From Pseudomonadota bacterium (GTDB taxonomy: Bacteria > Bdellovibrionota_B > Oligoflexia > Silvanigrellales > Silvanigrellaceae), in the NCBI GenBank assembly GCA_039799905.1, contig JBDLRP010000036.1, forward strand, positions 64,001 through 128,000: DNA of 64,000 nucleotides, read 5' to 3'. The position numbers and the translations under genes are program-made. Position 1 is the stretch's first letter; every line of letters starts with the position of its first letter. The notes beneath the pieces were generated by a model. It had not been told where the DNA came from. It made no database searches and saw only the letters and a list, made by a program, of their open reading frames with translations. Positions 1-10,018 of the stretch are shown here, piece by piece.

Positions 1-669
1 CCCGCCGGCTCGGCTTGGCGATTGATAGCGTTCTTGAGCATTTTCGGAGTTGTTCTGCGATAAAAATCCGAGCCCACCGCTTAATGCGCTGCCCATGCTC
101 ATCCGATTTTGTACGACTCCCGCGAACAATCCTCTTTCGTCCAGAAGCACCGCCAGTATAGGTTGCTGTTGCTCCGGTGCGCGGCACACTGGTTCAGATT
201 CCTCCAAATTCTCCAGTTGAGCTTGCGTCTTTAGCTGCAGAATTCTCCCTTTCAGACCGACCACCACTCGTTTGAGTTTTGCGGTCGTGGAAATGATCTC
301 CAACTGTTCCCATGAGAAGCCAAATTTGCGCAATAAACCCTGCGCGGCTTTTTCGACGAAAATATCCGCATGCGGTGAAGTGGGCCATTGGTGAATGATT
401 GGGCATATCCAGCGAGGAAAAACTGTATTTAGAAGGTCCCGCGAATTTACAGCCGAGCTGAATTCAATTGTATAAAAATCCTGTTGCAGGTGGCGAAGCG
501 TAAAGTTGTTTTCGGCAACCAATTGGCTGAGAAAATCCTTTCGCCAGATGTTCATCATGTCGGTGCTGATATGCAGCATCCATCTGGCTGAGTTTTCGCC
601 TATTGCAGGCAGGAGTTCCTGAAGTCGCAAAGCTAATCTCCACTGATTTAGATTGAGAGTGGGCCGCAT
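1..669 (-). CDS. Partial SAM-dependent RNA methyltransferase, RlmM/FtsJ-like; runs off the left edge
   Basis: Manual translation gives an open minus-strand frame from ATG at 669 to base 1 (MRPTLNLNQW...FPRWICPI...EKAAQGLLRKF...ERYQSPSRAGG). The terminal SPSRAG resembles the PSRA/SRS-x-x-KL motif preceding the FtsJ-type methyltransferase domain. It overlaps the hutH stop. Absent from the ORF track because it has no stop in the window. Confidence 0.5.
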   Translation of the reverse strand, partial: MRPTLNLNQWRLALRLQELLPAIGENSARWMLHISTDMMNIWRKDFLSQLVAENNFTLRHLQQDFYTIEFSSAVNSRDLLNTVFPRWICPIIHQWPTSPHADIFVEKAAQGLLRKFGFSWEQLEIISTTAKLKRVVVGLKGRILQLKTQAQLENLEESEPVCRAPEQQQPILAVLLDERGLFAGVVQNRMSMGSALSGGLGFLSQNNSENAQERYQSPSRAGG

Positions 670-2216
670 GCGAGTTCAACGGATCTGCGAAATTCACCCG
701 TCTTTATAGTTTCACACAGCAATTCGATGTCCACATGAAGCGAGCGATCGACGTCCATTGAGGCTGAGCGTTTGCGGATGAAGTCATATGCGGCGCGGAC
801 CCCCAATCCTCCCTGTTGTGGCGTATGAAATTCCAAGCCCTGAGCTGCGGCCAAAGATTCAATCGCCAGAACTCGCGCAGTATTTTCCAACACTCTTTGT
901 AGCTTCAATGCGGAGGTCATTCCCATGCTGACGTGGTCTTCTTGCTCTGCAGAAGTTGGAATGCTGTCCACTGAGGCTGGGTGGCAATGGACCTTGTTTT
1001 CGCTGACGAGCGAAGCGGCAACGACATGGGGAATCATAAACCCTGAGTTGAGCCCTGAATTCTTCATCAGAAATGCCGGCAGTCCGCTCATGTGAGGATT
1101 GACGAGCTTATCGATGCGCCGCTCGGCGATACTGGCGATTTCTGCGATGGCGATGGCGAGGTAGTCGAGGACCATTGCAACTGGCTCGCCGTGGAAGTTG
1201 CCTCCGCTTAAAATTTCGTCTGATTCAGGGAAAACCAGCGGGTTGTCGGTGCTGGAATTGGCCTCCGTCAAAAGCGTATCTAATACATGGTTAAACGCGT
1301 TGCGAGCCGCACCGTGCACCTGCGGGGCGCATCGGAAAGAGTACGGGTCTTGAACTTTCTTGCACGCAGCGTGGCTGAGGCGGATGCCGTCGTCTGCGAG
1401 AACACTACGCATATTGGCAGCAGCCTGCTGCTGTCCTTTGTGTGGACGGACGGCCTGAATTTCTTCACGAAAGGCGGTTGCGGTGCCAAGCGTCGCGTCC
1501 AGCGCCATGGCAACTGTGATATCGGCCGTGCAAAGCAACTGCTCAGCTGTGTCACATGCTAGCAGTCCGATAGCGGTCATCACCTGGGTTCCGTTGATGA
1601 GTGAGAGACCTTCCTTGGGTTCCGGCGACAAAGGGGGCTGCTTGAGTTGTGAAAGGACCTCTGCGGTTGCCTGTATCTTGCCATTCCATTCCACCTGACC
1701 TTCGCCGATCAGGGCAAGCGCCAAGTGCGCAAGCGGCGCGAGGTCGCCGCAAGCACCGACTGAGCCCTGGCTTGGAACGACAGGATGGATTTTGTTGTTA
1801 AGGAAAAACTGCATTTGCCGGAGTGTCGCTTCGCGGACTCCCGAATTTCCGCGCAGCATGGTCTGAAGGCGGAGGACCATGATTGCCCTGACCACCTCCT
1901 GAGGCAGTGGAGCACCAACGCCGCAGGCATGTGATCGGATAAGGTTGAGTTGGAGCTGGGAGAGCTGATCCGCAGGTATGCGGACGGCTGCGAGGGCGCC
2001 GAAACCTGTATTGATGCCGTAAAAAGTATCTCCACTCTGGAGTCGTGACTCGACACATTGTCGCGAGCGGCTAACGGCAACCAGCGCTTGTTGGGAGAGC
2101 TCGACCTGAGCCCCGTGCCGCGCGATGTCGACCAATTGCCCTAGTGTCAGTCGGTCGCCTTCCAGAGTGATTTTTCTGCTCGATTGGGTGGCTTTGGAAT
2201 CGATGGTCTGTGACAT
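648..2216 (-). CDS. hutH: Histidine ammonia-lyase (MIO-dependent aromatic amino acid lyase)
   Basis: Motifs YGINTGFG, LIRSHACGVG, GSVGACGDLAPLAH, KEGLSLINGT, QDPYSFRC, GGNFHG, QEDHVSMG. Confidence 0.93.
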   Translation of the reverse strand: MSQTIDSKATQSSRKITLEGDRLTLGQLVDIARHGAQVELSQQALVAVSRSRQCVESRLQSGDTFYGINTGFGALAAVRIPADQLSQLQLNLIRSHACGVGAPLPQEVVRAIMVLRLQTMLRGNSGVREATLRQMQFFLNNKIHPVVPSQGSVGACGDLAPLAHLALALIGEGQVEWNGKIQATAEVLSQLKQPPLSPEPKEGLSLINGTQVMTAIGLLACDTAEQLLCTADITVAMALDATLGTATAFREEIQAVRPHKGQQQAAANMRSVLADDGIRLSHAACKKVQDPYSFRCAPQVHGAARNAFNHVLDTLLTEANSSTDNPLVFPESDEILSGGNFHGEPVAMVLDYLAIAIAEIASIAERRIDKLVNPHMSGLPAFLMKNSGLNSGFMIPHVVAASLVSENKVHCHPASVDSIPTSAEQEDHVSMGMTSALKLQRVLENTARVLAIESLAAAQGLEFHTPQQGGLGVRAAYDFIRKRSASMDVDRSLHVDIELLCETIKTGEFRRSVELACGPLSI

Positions 2217-2284
2217 GCCTGCCTCTTTGAAGTTTCTTCAGGTCGTGGATAAACTCGATAGACACAACGGACAGGGGACATAAC

Positions 2285-4381
2285 ATGGCCTACAGGTCAC
2301 GCTCAAAATACACACCCGGCGGCGGTGTTCTCGCATTTTTTGAGCAGGTCTCACGATTCGTCTCACTGTCAGTCTTAGGCTGGGTTATCCTTTCCATCTT
2401 TCTTATCCTATTTGTGGCAGATGGAAAGATCACCGACTCTTTTGATTTGCGCTTGGTCAAAAGTGTTTTTACGGATTGGCAGCTTTTCGGAACTGCTGCG
2501 AGTCTTGTAGCGCTCAACGGAATCATTGGTGCGGTGATCGCAATTCCTGCGGCATTTGTGCTGCTTATGTCTCGGCAGTATCTCGATTACCATGCCGGAA
2601 GAACGTCCCGTCGTGGTGGAGCTATCAAAGCCAAACTTGTTCGTATGCTTCCCGTGGCGATTTTGATTTTGAGCCATCTGTCGGTTTTGTTTTTAAATTT
2701 GGTTTCGGCACCTCAGATCACCCGAAATTGGTTTCAAAAGGAAAGTCACTTTGCATCGATGACGGTCGGCAGTCATTTTGTTCTGACGTCGTTGACGAGG
2801 GCATCGTTTGACATGTCATCCGGCGTGGCAGGAAGACCCAACAGTGCACCGCAGAATGACGCCTTGAAGTCCGGCAGGCGTCTGACCGTCTTTATGATGC
2901 CAGCTGATTTTTTAGAGAGCGACGACTTCAAAGCCGAAATGGTCAAGTTGAAGGGTGCGCAGCGCATTCCCTTCATCATGTCACGGTCCAACCTGATCGA
3001 GCAGCTTGATTCGTTGTTTGCATCAAATAACAATCGGACTTTTGATTTGTTCAGAAGAGTTCTTGCAGCCCCGCATGAATACGGAAAACTTCAGAAAAGC
3101 AGCGGTTCGGATGTATTGCTTTCCTTGTCGCCTCAGGTTCGATTCGGAAGTCAGCCTCTTGGCCTTGCAGCGAATTCTCTGGCGGGCTTGAAAGAAAAGC
3201 TCTTTGTTTATGAAGCACAGCGTCGCCTGATTCTCTCACAATTTCAGATTTTTTCCGCACTTCGCCTGCTCGACGGACTTCCGTTTGTTGGACGGAATAT
3301 GGAATGGCTAGATTTGGTTTCCGATGATGTTGCGCGGATTCGACGCAGTGCGCGCTTGTCTTCTGAAAGCTTGAGTAATTCAAAGTCTCTGTCTGTGATT
3401 CAGCTTTCAGCTTTTGAAAGTCGTTTTTCAAGTATTCAAGCTCCCTTCCGGCCGTTGGGCTGGCCTGAGACAATATCCGGCTACGAGAAGCGCCTGATTA
3501 CGAAGAATATTGTCCGAGAGTTGACGCAATACCTGCACGACAGCGCAGCGAATGAAAACAGCCTGTGGGCGATTCTGCCGTATGCGGATGACAGACGCGT
3601 CAATCCAGTCAGCTACGCGCTTGTAAAGGAAAATATTGATCTAACTTCGAAATTGAATGAACGTCAGATGCAGACTTTCGGTTTGTTTGAAAATGAGTTG
3701 GGCCGATTGTTGGGTCAATTCGTGGATTCAGAACTCGCACCGGTGATGCCGGAAACCAACGCTCCAGGCGCAAAAAACAACTCTTCGGGAAAACTGAAGT
3801 TGATGTGTTCTGTGACTGAGGTGGACTCTGCGGGAGGTGATTTCCAATTTCAATCTTCGCAACAGCGTGAAAAAAGTCTGGGTGAGCTCTTGAATTCTTT
3901 ATCTCAGCTGCCGCTGGGTGACCTCGTTTTTTTGTCTAAAAAGTCTCTTAACTTGATTGCGCGTGACCCCGGTATCGGCTTTCTTTGTCGCACCGATCAG
4001 CAATCCATTGATGAGACTTATTTACTTAAATTTCAGGGGTATTCGAAGTTGACTGGAGTCAGCGAATTGCCCCCCTCAATCTTGGTTGCCAGAGGAAAAG
4101 GCTCTGCAGGCGGCGCTGCCCGTCAGCAGGGCGGAAAAGTCTCTGCTGCAACTTCTGATAAGTTGTCCACCCCGCGGCCATTCGATGAAGTCTATCTAGA
4201 ACGCGATGTGCTGAACGAGTTCCTATTGTTTCAACTTCAGCCTTCCGAGGCGACCACTGACTCACAAAAAGCTTTCGTTTGGCGATCTTTGGATGCGCGC
4301 GAGCAAGAGTTGTTTTTTTCGAAGTTCGAAATTGAGACGCTCAAAGTGATTGAAAATTTTGCCCGTGCGAGGATTCACTGA
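2285..4381 (+). CDS. Membrane protein with N-terminal TM helices and a large soluble domain; possibly a degenerate sulfatase/alkaline-phosphatase fold
   Basis: 698-aa ORF with about 3 hydrophobic segments in the first 140 aa. Abuts the next gene (TGA then ATG). Confidence 0.6.
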   Translation: MAYRSRSKYTPGGGVLAFFEQVSRFVSLSVLGWVILSIFLILFVADGKITDSFDLRLVKSVFTDWQLFGTAASLVALNGIIGAVIAIPAAFVLLMSRQYLDYHAGRTSRRGGAIKAKLVRMLPVAILILSHLSVLFLNLVSAPQITRNWFQKESHFASMTVGSHFVLTSLTRASFDMSSGVAGRPNSAPQNDALKSGRRLTVFMMPADFLESDDFKAEMVKLKGAQRIPFIMSRSNLIEQLDSLFASNNNRTFDLFRRVLAAPHEYGKLQKSSGSDVLLSLSPQVRFGSQPLGLAANSLAGLKEKLFVYEAQRRLILSQFQIFSALRLLDGLPFVGRNMEWLDLVSDDVARIRRSARLSSESLSNSKSLSVIQLSAFESRFSSIQAPFRPLGWPETISGYEKRLITKNIVRELTQYLHDSAANENSLWAILPYADDRRVNPVSYALVKENIDLTSKLNERQMQTFGLFENELGRLLGQFVDSELAPVMPETNAPGAKNNSSGKLKLMCSVTEVDSAGGDFQFQSSQQREKSLGELLNSLSQLPLGDLVFLSKKSLNLIARDPGIGFLCRTDQQSIDETYLLKFQGYSKLTGVSELPPSILVARGKGSAGGAARQQGGKVSAATSDKLSTPRPFDEVYLERDVLNEFLLFQLQPSEATTDSQKAFVWRSLDAREQELFFSKFEIETLKVIENFARARIH

Positions 4382-7333
4382 ATGTCGCGCCGTTCTGTTT
4401 TTAGAATAAATTTTTTTATCTCTCTGGCCGTGGTTGTTTTGCTGGTCTTGTCGGCCGCAGCGTGGCTAGTCAGCAAATATCCATGGCCTGTGCTGCATGC
4501 AGATTTCTCGCAAGCCAAAGAATCTGTTTTTTTGGGACACTGGCCCCAGCCTTCCATTGAAGAGGATAAGCAAGAGCGCAAAAAACTCCGTCGTTTCCCG
4601 AAGAGCGAACAGCAGCGCAGGCTCGGTATTATTTTGCGGCGCATGGATTATCTGAATGTTCCGATCTTTGATTTATTTTTGGATCAGGGAATTCAGTTTT
4701 TAACACCGGAAGTCCCTGTTGGTGCTTCGCCTGCCGTACCGTTGATTTGGCCATCACTGCCATCAAAGCGGCTTTTTGGAAGTGCGGAATCATCTCTCAG
4801 GGATGTGCGCTATATTGTGCTGCCAACCCCGTTTGGAGCGCAGTGTGTCGAGGGCATTCATCTGGTGGCCGGCGAAGAAATAAGAGTGAATCTCCCTCCG
4901 GCAAAAAATAAGAGAAATATCACTTTCAACGTCCTTCCGCTGGCTCCCTCGAACATGCGTGCTTGGATTGGGCAATTCAGTTGGGGCAGGCAGTTCAACG
5001 ATTCCGAAGTAAATAAGGTTCATTCCGTCTCGATTCCGGTCAATGATCCTGCCGCAACCATGTTACGTCTGAGCATGGGCAGCGGCAGCGTGCTGATGAC
5101 CTCCGGCTCAATTTCTCAGTGGGATCGAGTTGGTCGATTGCCTGTTCAGGTCGGCGAATCGAGTTCACTCTGGCGAACGGCAAACGAGAAGGTGTCTGTC
5201 GAGGAGGAAAGTAGTCAGGAAGTCGTTGCAGAAGAGGGTGGGGAAGAATCTCCTGCCATGCCTGCCAATACTCAATCTGCCGGCGTAAAGGTGGCAGAGA
5301 ATTCTGCTCCCGCCGCCATTCCAGCACAGGCGGGGAGTAAAGTCGCGACAAATGAAAAAGGCAAAAAGGATGGTTCAGAGTCAGAGAAGAAAACGACGGA
5401 AAAAAAGGTAAACCCGCTGGACGAATTGCTTGATCCTGAGTCCGTCAAATACAACAGCGTGATTGATGTGCCTGGTAGCGATTCTGTCGCTGTGGGTTAC
5501 AATGTTTTGTTCATTCAGCTGGATCCTGCATTGAATGAGGCGTTCTCCAATGAGGCGCAATTGGCTGAGTTGGCGCCCAGACTTCATTCGTTTCTACAAA
5601 ATTCTCTGAACATTCCAACTCAGATTCCCAATGTGTCTGCTGCTGAGTTGTTTCAGCATACAATCGTGCGACAGAACGCTGAGCTCATTCCGGTCGGGTT
5701 ACCTATTCTAACCAAAGATTTGCTTACTGGAAGCGGAGTTTTCAATCTGTATCAGGAGTTTAGAAACTACGGTTACAAGGTAGTCAGTTTTGCGCCCTCC
5801 AAAGCTCTTGCGCTGCCGGAGGCGCTCTCACGCGGGCATGAAATTCCGAGAGTTGACGGACGTTGGCTTGAACAGAACGACTGGAAATTTGTGGCGCGCA
5901 GGAAGGAACTTGATCAGCAGAATGAGCCTGTGACCGGGCTTGATGCAATATTTAAGAATGAACAGACTGCGTCTGTGCAAGCGATCTCAGAAACCGAGTT
6001 TAACAAGATGGCAGAAATGCTCGAGGGTCTTGAACGCTCCAGCGATGCTATCCCTGATTGGCGTGCCAATGAAATTGCTGTCATCAGTGACAATATGTTG
6101 TATCTGCCGCGTCTTGTTGACGGTTTTCAGCGCTGGATGAGGGAAAATACCCAGACGCGCTTTTTGGCTCATGTGTATTTGAACAACGATGACTGGGCAT
6201 TGCGTCCGTCGTTCAAGGATTTCCTCAAAGTTCTAAAGTACAAGAAGCTCAAAGCGTTGGCGTTTCCCGCGGTCAGCGATAAACTCGCGCGGATTGTGAT
6301 GCTGGACCGCGTGTTTGGCAATTTGATCGACACGTTGATTGCCCGTCGGACTTTTCATCGCACAGCGGTGGCGTTGATTTTGCCGTCCAACTCGGTTGGC
6401 CGTAAAGAACAAGCAGGGCGTTTGCTCGTCAGTGTTCCTGGTTTGAAAGGTCGCTCCCCAGCAGTCGCAACGAATTCCAGTTTCGATGATTCGCTGGCAA
6501 CGGTAGCGCAGATTGTTGGTGTTCAGCTCAATCAGTTTGACGTCAATGGGCGAAGAATTTTTAAGGGGCTGAGTCTTGAAGCGGTTAAAAGACAGCCGAC
6601 GCCCCCCAATCCTGCACAAATTGAAAAGGCATCTGCTTCTGGAAAGAAAAATGAGCTCGAAAAGCCCACTCAGGAAAGGAATTCCCAATCTCTGCAGAGT
6701 GACTCGGGCACACAGCAAAATTCAAACCAGCTGGGCGCAACTGTTCTTGCCGAGGGAGCATTGCCCGCGTCTGAAACGGCTGAAGCCTTGGGTCAATTGC
6801 AGCACGTCAGCCGCTTTCGGATGATTGTCCTTCCGCGTGCTGCGGGATGCCAGCCATTTGAGTGGACGGCGTCGTCCTCATACTTTGGGTTGGTATCGAG
6901 TCAGCCGATCGTTGAGGAGCCGCTCCCGCGCGGAAAGGTCATTCGTGTGTTTCCTTGCAGCCTGCGTGACCAAGTCATTGAGCTGAGCTGGTTCCAGAGT
7001 CATCTGGGCGCTCAGCAAACGAGTTTTTCCGCCCAGAACGTGAGTCAGTGGTTGGGCGGTTCGTTCCGACTCAATTCCGAAGCTTCAAGTGGTGAAACGC
7101 GTGACGCACCATTGTTTTTGGTTGGCCCGCAGGCGCTTGCGCTGGATTCTCTTCCGCTTCGATTGCAAAAGTTCTCTCCTCAGGAGATTCCTCTTGTCTT
7201 TGATGTGAGTCCAAACGCAGCTGCTGGAAGAGAAACACTGGCACGTGTTCTCAATCTGAGTTCGCAGATCCAGAGTCCACAGATGTCGGCACGGACACTG
7301 GTCTACTTTTTTAGAGAGCCAGTCCGCAGGTAG
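4382..7333 (+). CDS. Membrane-anchored protein with a degenerate sulfatase-like (alkaline phosphatase superfamily) domain
   Basis: 983 aa with an N-terminal TM helix. Ordered sulfatase-scaffold remnants: NVLFIQLD, YGYKVVSF, RFLAHVYL, LDRVFGNLIDTL, LLVSVPG, DDSLATVAQIVG, GLSL. Low-complexity linkers. Confidence 0.6.
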   Translation: MSRRSVFRINFFISLAVVVLLVLSAAAWLVSKYPWPVLHADFSQAKESVFLGHWPQPSIEEDKQERKKLRRFPKSEQQRRLGIILRRMDYLNVPIFDLFLDQGIQFLTPEVPVGASPAVPLIWPSLPSKRLFGSAESSLRDVRYIVLPTPFGAQCVEGIHLVAGEEIRVNLPPAKNKRNITFNVLPLAPSNMRAWIGQFSWGRQFNDSEVNKVHSVSIPVNDPAATMLRLSMGSGSVLMTSGSISQWDRVGRLPVQVGESSSLWRTANEKVSVEEESSQEVVAEEGGEESPAMPANTQSAGVKVAENSAPAAIPAQAGSKVATNEKGKKDGSESEKKTTEKKVNPLDELLDPESVKYNSVIDVPGSDSVAVGYNVLFIQLDPALNEAFSNEAQLAELAPRLHSFLQNSLNIPTQIPNVSAAELFQHTIVRQNAELIPVGLPILTKDLLTGSGVFNLYQEFRNYGYKVVSFAPSKALALPEALSRGHEIPRVDGRWLEQNDWKFVARRKELDQQNEPVTGLDAIFKNEQTASVQAISETEFNKMAEMLEGLERSSDAIPDWRANEIAVISDNMLYLPRLVDGFQRWMRENTQTRFLAHVYLNNDDWALRPSFKDFLKVLKYKKLKALAFPAVSDKLARIVMLDRVFGNLIDTLIARRTFHRTAVALILPSNSVGRKEQAGRLLVSVPGLKGRSPAVATNSSFDDSLATVAQIVGVQLNQFDVNGRRIFKGLSLEAVKRQPTPPNPAQIEKASASGKKNELEKPTQERNSQSLQSDSGTQQNSNQLGATVLAEGALPASETAEALGQLQHVSRFRMIVLPRAAGCQPFEWTASSSYFGLVSSQPIVEEPLPRGKVIRVFPCSLRDQVIELSWFQSHLGAQQTSFSAQNVSQWLGGSFRLNSEASSGETRDAPLFLVGPQALALDSLPLRLQKFSPQEIPLVFDVSPNAAAGRETLARVLNLSSQIQSPQMSARTLVYFFREPVRR

Positions 7334-7342
7334 TTTCTGCAA

Positions 7343-8152
7343 TCAGGATTTACGAAAGACGCGCCACGGGTTCCCCTGCTGCCGTGGTTTGATGATGATG
7401 TCGTCCAAGTTGATGTGTCGCGGTTGCCGCAGTGCGAAGAGAATGCTTTCAGCCACATCGCCCGCATCAAGCGATTCAACGCCCTGATAAACCGCGTTCG
7501 CGCGTTGATTGTCGCCGGAAAAGCGGACGAGGCTGAATTCCGTTTCAACCATGCCCGGCGAGACCATCATAACGCGAATTCCACTCTCAAGAGTTTCGAG
7601 CCGCAGCGCTTCGTGAAAAGCCCTGACGGCATGCTTGCTCGCGCAATAAACGGCTCCATTTTCATAGGAATGATGTGCTGCAACGCTAGAGAGCACGACT
7701 ATGTCACCGCTTTTTCTTGCACTCATTGCACGCGCAGCTCTGGCGCTCATCGTAAAGGCGGCGCTCACGTTGGTAGAAATCATTTCAGACCAGTCGGTTG
7801 TCACGGATTCGGTTATTTTTGCGAGGCCTTTTGCCAGCCCAGCATTGTTGATGAGAATGTCCGCCTCAAAGGCGCCGGCACTTTCCAAAACGTCAGCAGT
7901 GTCTTCGCGGGTTACGTCCTGCGGGAAGATTTTGATGCGCAGTTCAGGGAAATGGCTTTGCAATTCAATGCTCAGTTCGGCCAGTCGATCTTGCCGGCGG
8001 GCGACGAGGTAAAGGTGACAGCCCTCTTGAGCCAAGCGGGCAGCAACAGCAAGACCGATTCCTGAGGATGCTCCGGTGATGAGCGCAGTTTGTCCGCGCA
8101 GCGAGGTGCAGCGCGGGCGCAGGGCGTCGCTTATCAGTTTTCCGACCGACAT
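7343..8152 (-). CDS. SDR-family oxidoreductase (YdfG / serine 3-dehydrogenase-like)
   Basis: TGASSGIG, NNAG, YCASK catalytic motif, PGMVETEFSLVRF. Confidence 0.92.
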   Translation of the reverse strand: MSVGKLISDALRPRCTSLRGQTALITGASSGIGLAVAARLAQEGCHLYLVARRQDRLAELSIELQSHFPELRIKIFPQDVTREDTADVLESAGAFEADILINNAGLAKGLAKITESVTTDWSEMISTNVSAAFTMSARAARAMSARKSGDIVVLSSVAAHHSYENGAVYCASKHAVRAFHEALRLETLESGIRVMMVSPGMVETEFSLVRFSGDNQRANAVYQGVESLDAGDVAESILFALRQPRHINLDDIIIKPRQQGNPWRVFRKS

Positions 8153-8164
8153 GACTGCTCGCCT

Positions 8165-10018
8165 TTATTGGATGGATTTAACGTATTGGTCTACCGCCTG
8201 TCGGAATAAAGACACACGCGATATACTTTGCTCGTAGGCCTTTTCAGGTCCGTCGTTTGTGGCCAGAGTGCAGACCGAAATATAAAATTTGATTTTAGGT
8301 TCCGTACCGCTCGGACGCATGGAGATTTTGCTGCCGTCTTCAAGCTCGAGTTGCAGAACATCGGATTTAGGTAACCCGTCGTAACGCTCGGCCTCTGCAA
8401 AAGAGCCGCCGCTGCGTGTGCGGCGAGCCTGCTGCTGGTAATCGTAAATTGTTTTGACCGGCGTACCCGCGAATTCATTGAGTGGATTTGTTCGCATGGC
8501 ATTCATAAGCCTGCCGATGCGCCGCGCGCCTTCTTCACCTTCGAGGTCGACGGTGATCAGATCTTCCTGCCATGCGCCATGCTTTTTGAAGAGTGCTAGG
8601 AGCCTTTCGCAGTGAGTGATTCCGCTGCTGCGGAACGATGCCGACATTTCAACGGCCTGACAAAGCGCGCCGATGCCGTCTTTGTCGCGCACGTAGTCAC
8701 CCGGCATGAATCCGAAGCTTTCCTCGGTGCCGAAAAGATACTTGCGATCCTTCATTCCAAGTCGTTCCCACTCGTTTACGACTCCTGCGATCCACTTGAA
8801 ACCTGTGAGTGTGTCGAGAATTTCAACACCATAACTATGGCAGATACGCGAATGCAGATCTGACGTCACAATGGTCTTGATGATTTTGTGTTCCGGCCGC
8901 AGTGTGCCGAGTTTTTTGCGGGTTGAAAGGATGTAGTCGATCAGCAGCGCGCCTGTCTGGTTACCGTTGAGAAAGACGTAATCGCCGAATGCTTGTGCTT
9001 TGAAAAGTCCGTTTGCAGCTTTTGGATCACGCACCACAAGCGCGAGTCGATCGGAATCGGGGTCGGTTGCGAGTACAATATCAGCATTGCGCTCGGCAGC
9101 CTGAGCAATTGCAATTTTGAGAGCCTGAGGCTCTTCCGGATTTGGCTTTTTAACGGTGGGGAAATGTCCGTCGGGCTTCGCCTGCTCTGGAACAATGTGA
9201 AGCTTATTGTATCCCCATTCAGCGAGAGCTCTTTTTGTCGGAGCGGCACCTGTGCCATGCAAGGGGGTATAAACGATGCTGACGTCTTTATTCAGGTCAG
9301 GTTCCAGCTGCAGTGACTTTACCTGTGCGAAGTAGGCATCAACTGTTTGTGGCGGAACCGGCCGGACGAGTCCTTTGCTGACGGCTTCCTGAAAAGAAAT
9401 ACTGCGCGCCTGCTGGTATTCTGTCAGTGCAAAAACTTCGGAAAGGATGGCCTTATCGTGGGGTGGCGTGATTTGCGCACCGTCATCCCAGTAGACTTTG
9501 TAGCCGTTGTACTGAGGAGGGTTGTGACTCGCTGTGATGCATAGTCCTCCCGTGCAGTGCAGATGACGGACCGCGAAAGACAGACAGGGTGTTGTCTGGA
9601 CCTCGTTGAACAGAAAGACCGGAATTTGATTTGCAGCGAGCACAGCCGCTGCCTGTTCGGCAAAGTATCTTGATGAAAGTCTGCTGTCGTAGGCAATGAC
9701 AACTCCACGCTCGGCGGACTTTTTACCTTGCTTGAGAATGTAGTTTGCGAATCCCTGTGTCGCTTTGCGGACAATCGGGCCGTTCATGCGGTTGCTTCCT
9801 GCCCCGACAACACCGCGCAAACCGCCGGTTCCGAATTCGAGTTCACGCCAGAAGCGCTCTCTCAGCTCGTCGTTTTGTTCATTGCGGACGAGTTCGATTA
9901 TTTCGCTCTTCGCTTCTACTTCAACACTCGGATCTTCCAGCCAGAGAGCGACGCGCTGGAAGCTTTCACCGAGAACTTTTTTGAGTGAATCCGGAAGTTG
10001 GTTGACGAGAGAACTCAT
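8165..10018 (-). CDS. pgm: Phosphoglucomutase/phosphomannomutase (phospho-sugar mutase)
   Basis: FGTGGLRG, TASHNP phosphoserine loop, DPDSDR metal loop, GTEES, RPSGTEPKIK. Confidence 0.92.
   Translation of the reverse strand: MSSLVNQLPDSLKKVLGESFQRVALWLEDPSVEVEAKSEIIELVRNEQNDELRERFWRELEFGTGGLRGVVGAGSNRMNGPIVRKATQGFANYILKQGKKSAERGVVIAYDSRLSSRYFAEQAAAVLAANQIPVFLFNEVQTTPCLSFAVRHLHCTGGLCITASHNPPQYNGYKVYWDDGAQITPPHDKAILSEVFALTEYQQARSISFQEAVSKGLVRPVPPQTVDAYFAQVKSLQLEPDLNKDVSIVYTPLHGTGAAPTKRALAEWGYNKLHIVPEQAKPDGHFPTVKKPNPEEPQALKIAIAQAAERNADIVLATDPDSDRLALVVRDPKAANGLFKAQAFGDYVFLNGNQTGALLIDYILSTRKKLGTLRPEHKIIKTIVTSDLHSRICHSYGVEILDTLTGFKWIAGVVNEWERLGMKDRKYLFGTEESFGFMPGDYVRDKDGIGALCQAVEMSASFRSSGITHCERLLALFKKHGAWQEDLITVDLEGEEGARRIGRLMNAMRTNPLNEFAGTPVKTIYDYQQQARRTRSGGSFAEAERYDGLPKSDVLQLELEDGSKISMRPSGTEPKIKFYISVCTLATNDGPEKAYEQSISRVSLFRQAVDQYVKSIQ

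Noticed and set aside
7415..8065. 216-aa antisense ORF over the SDR gene
   Set aside because: Long antisense frames are a known codon-bias by-product in SDR genes; no motif or RBS support.
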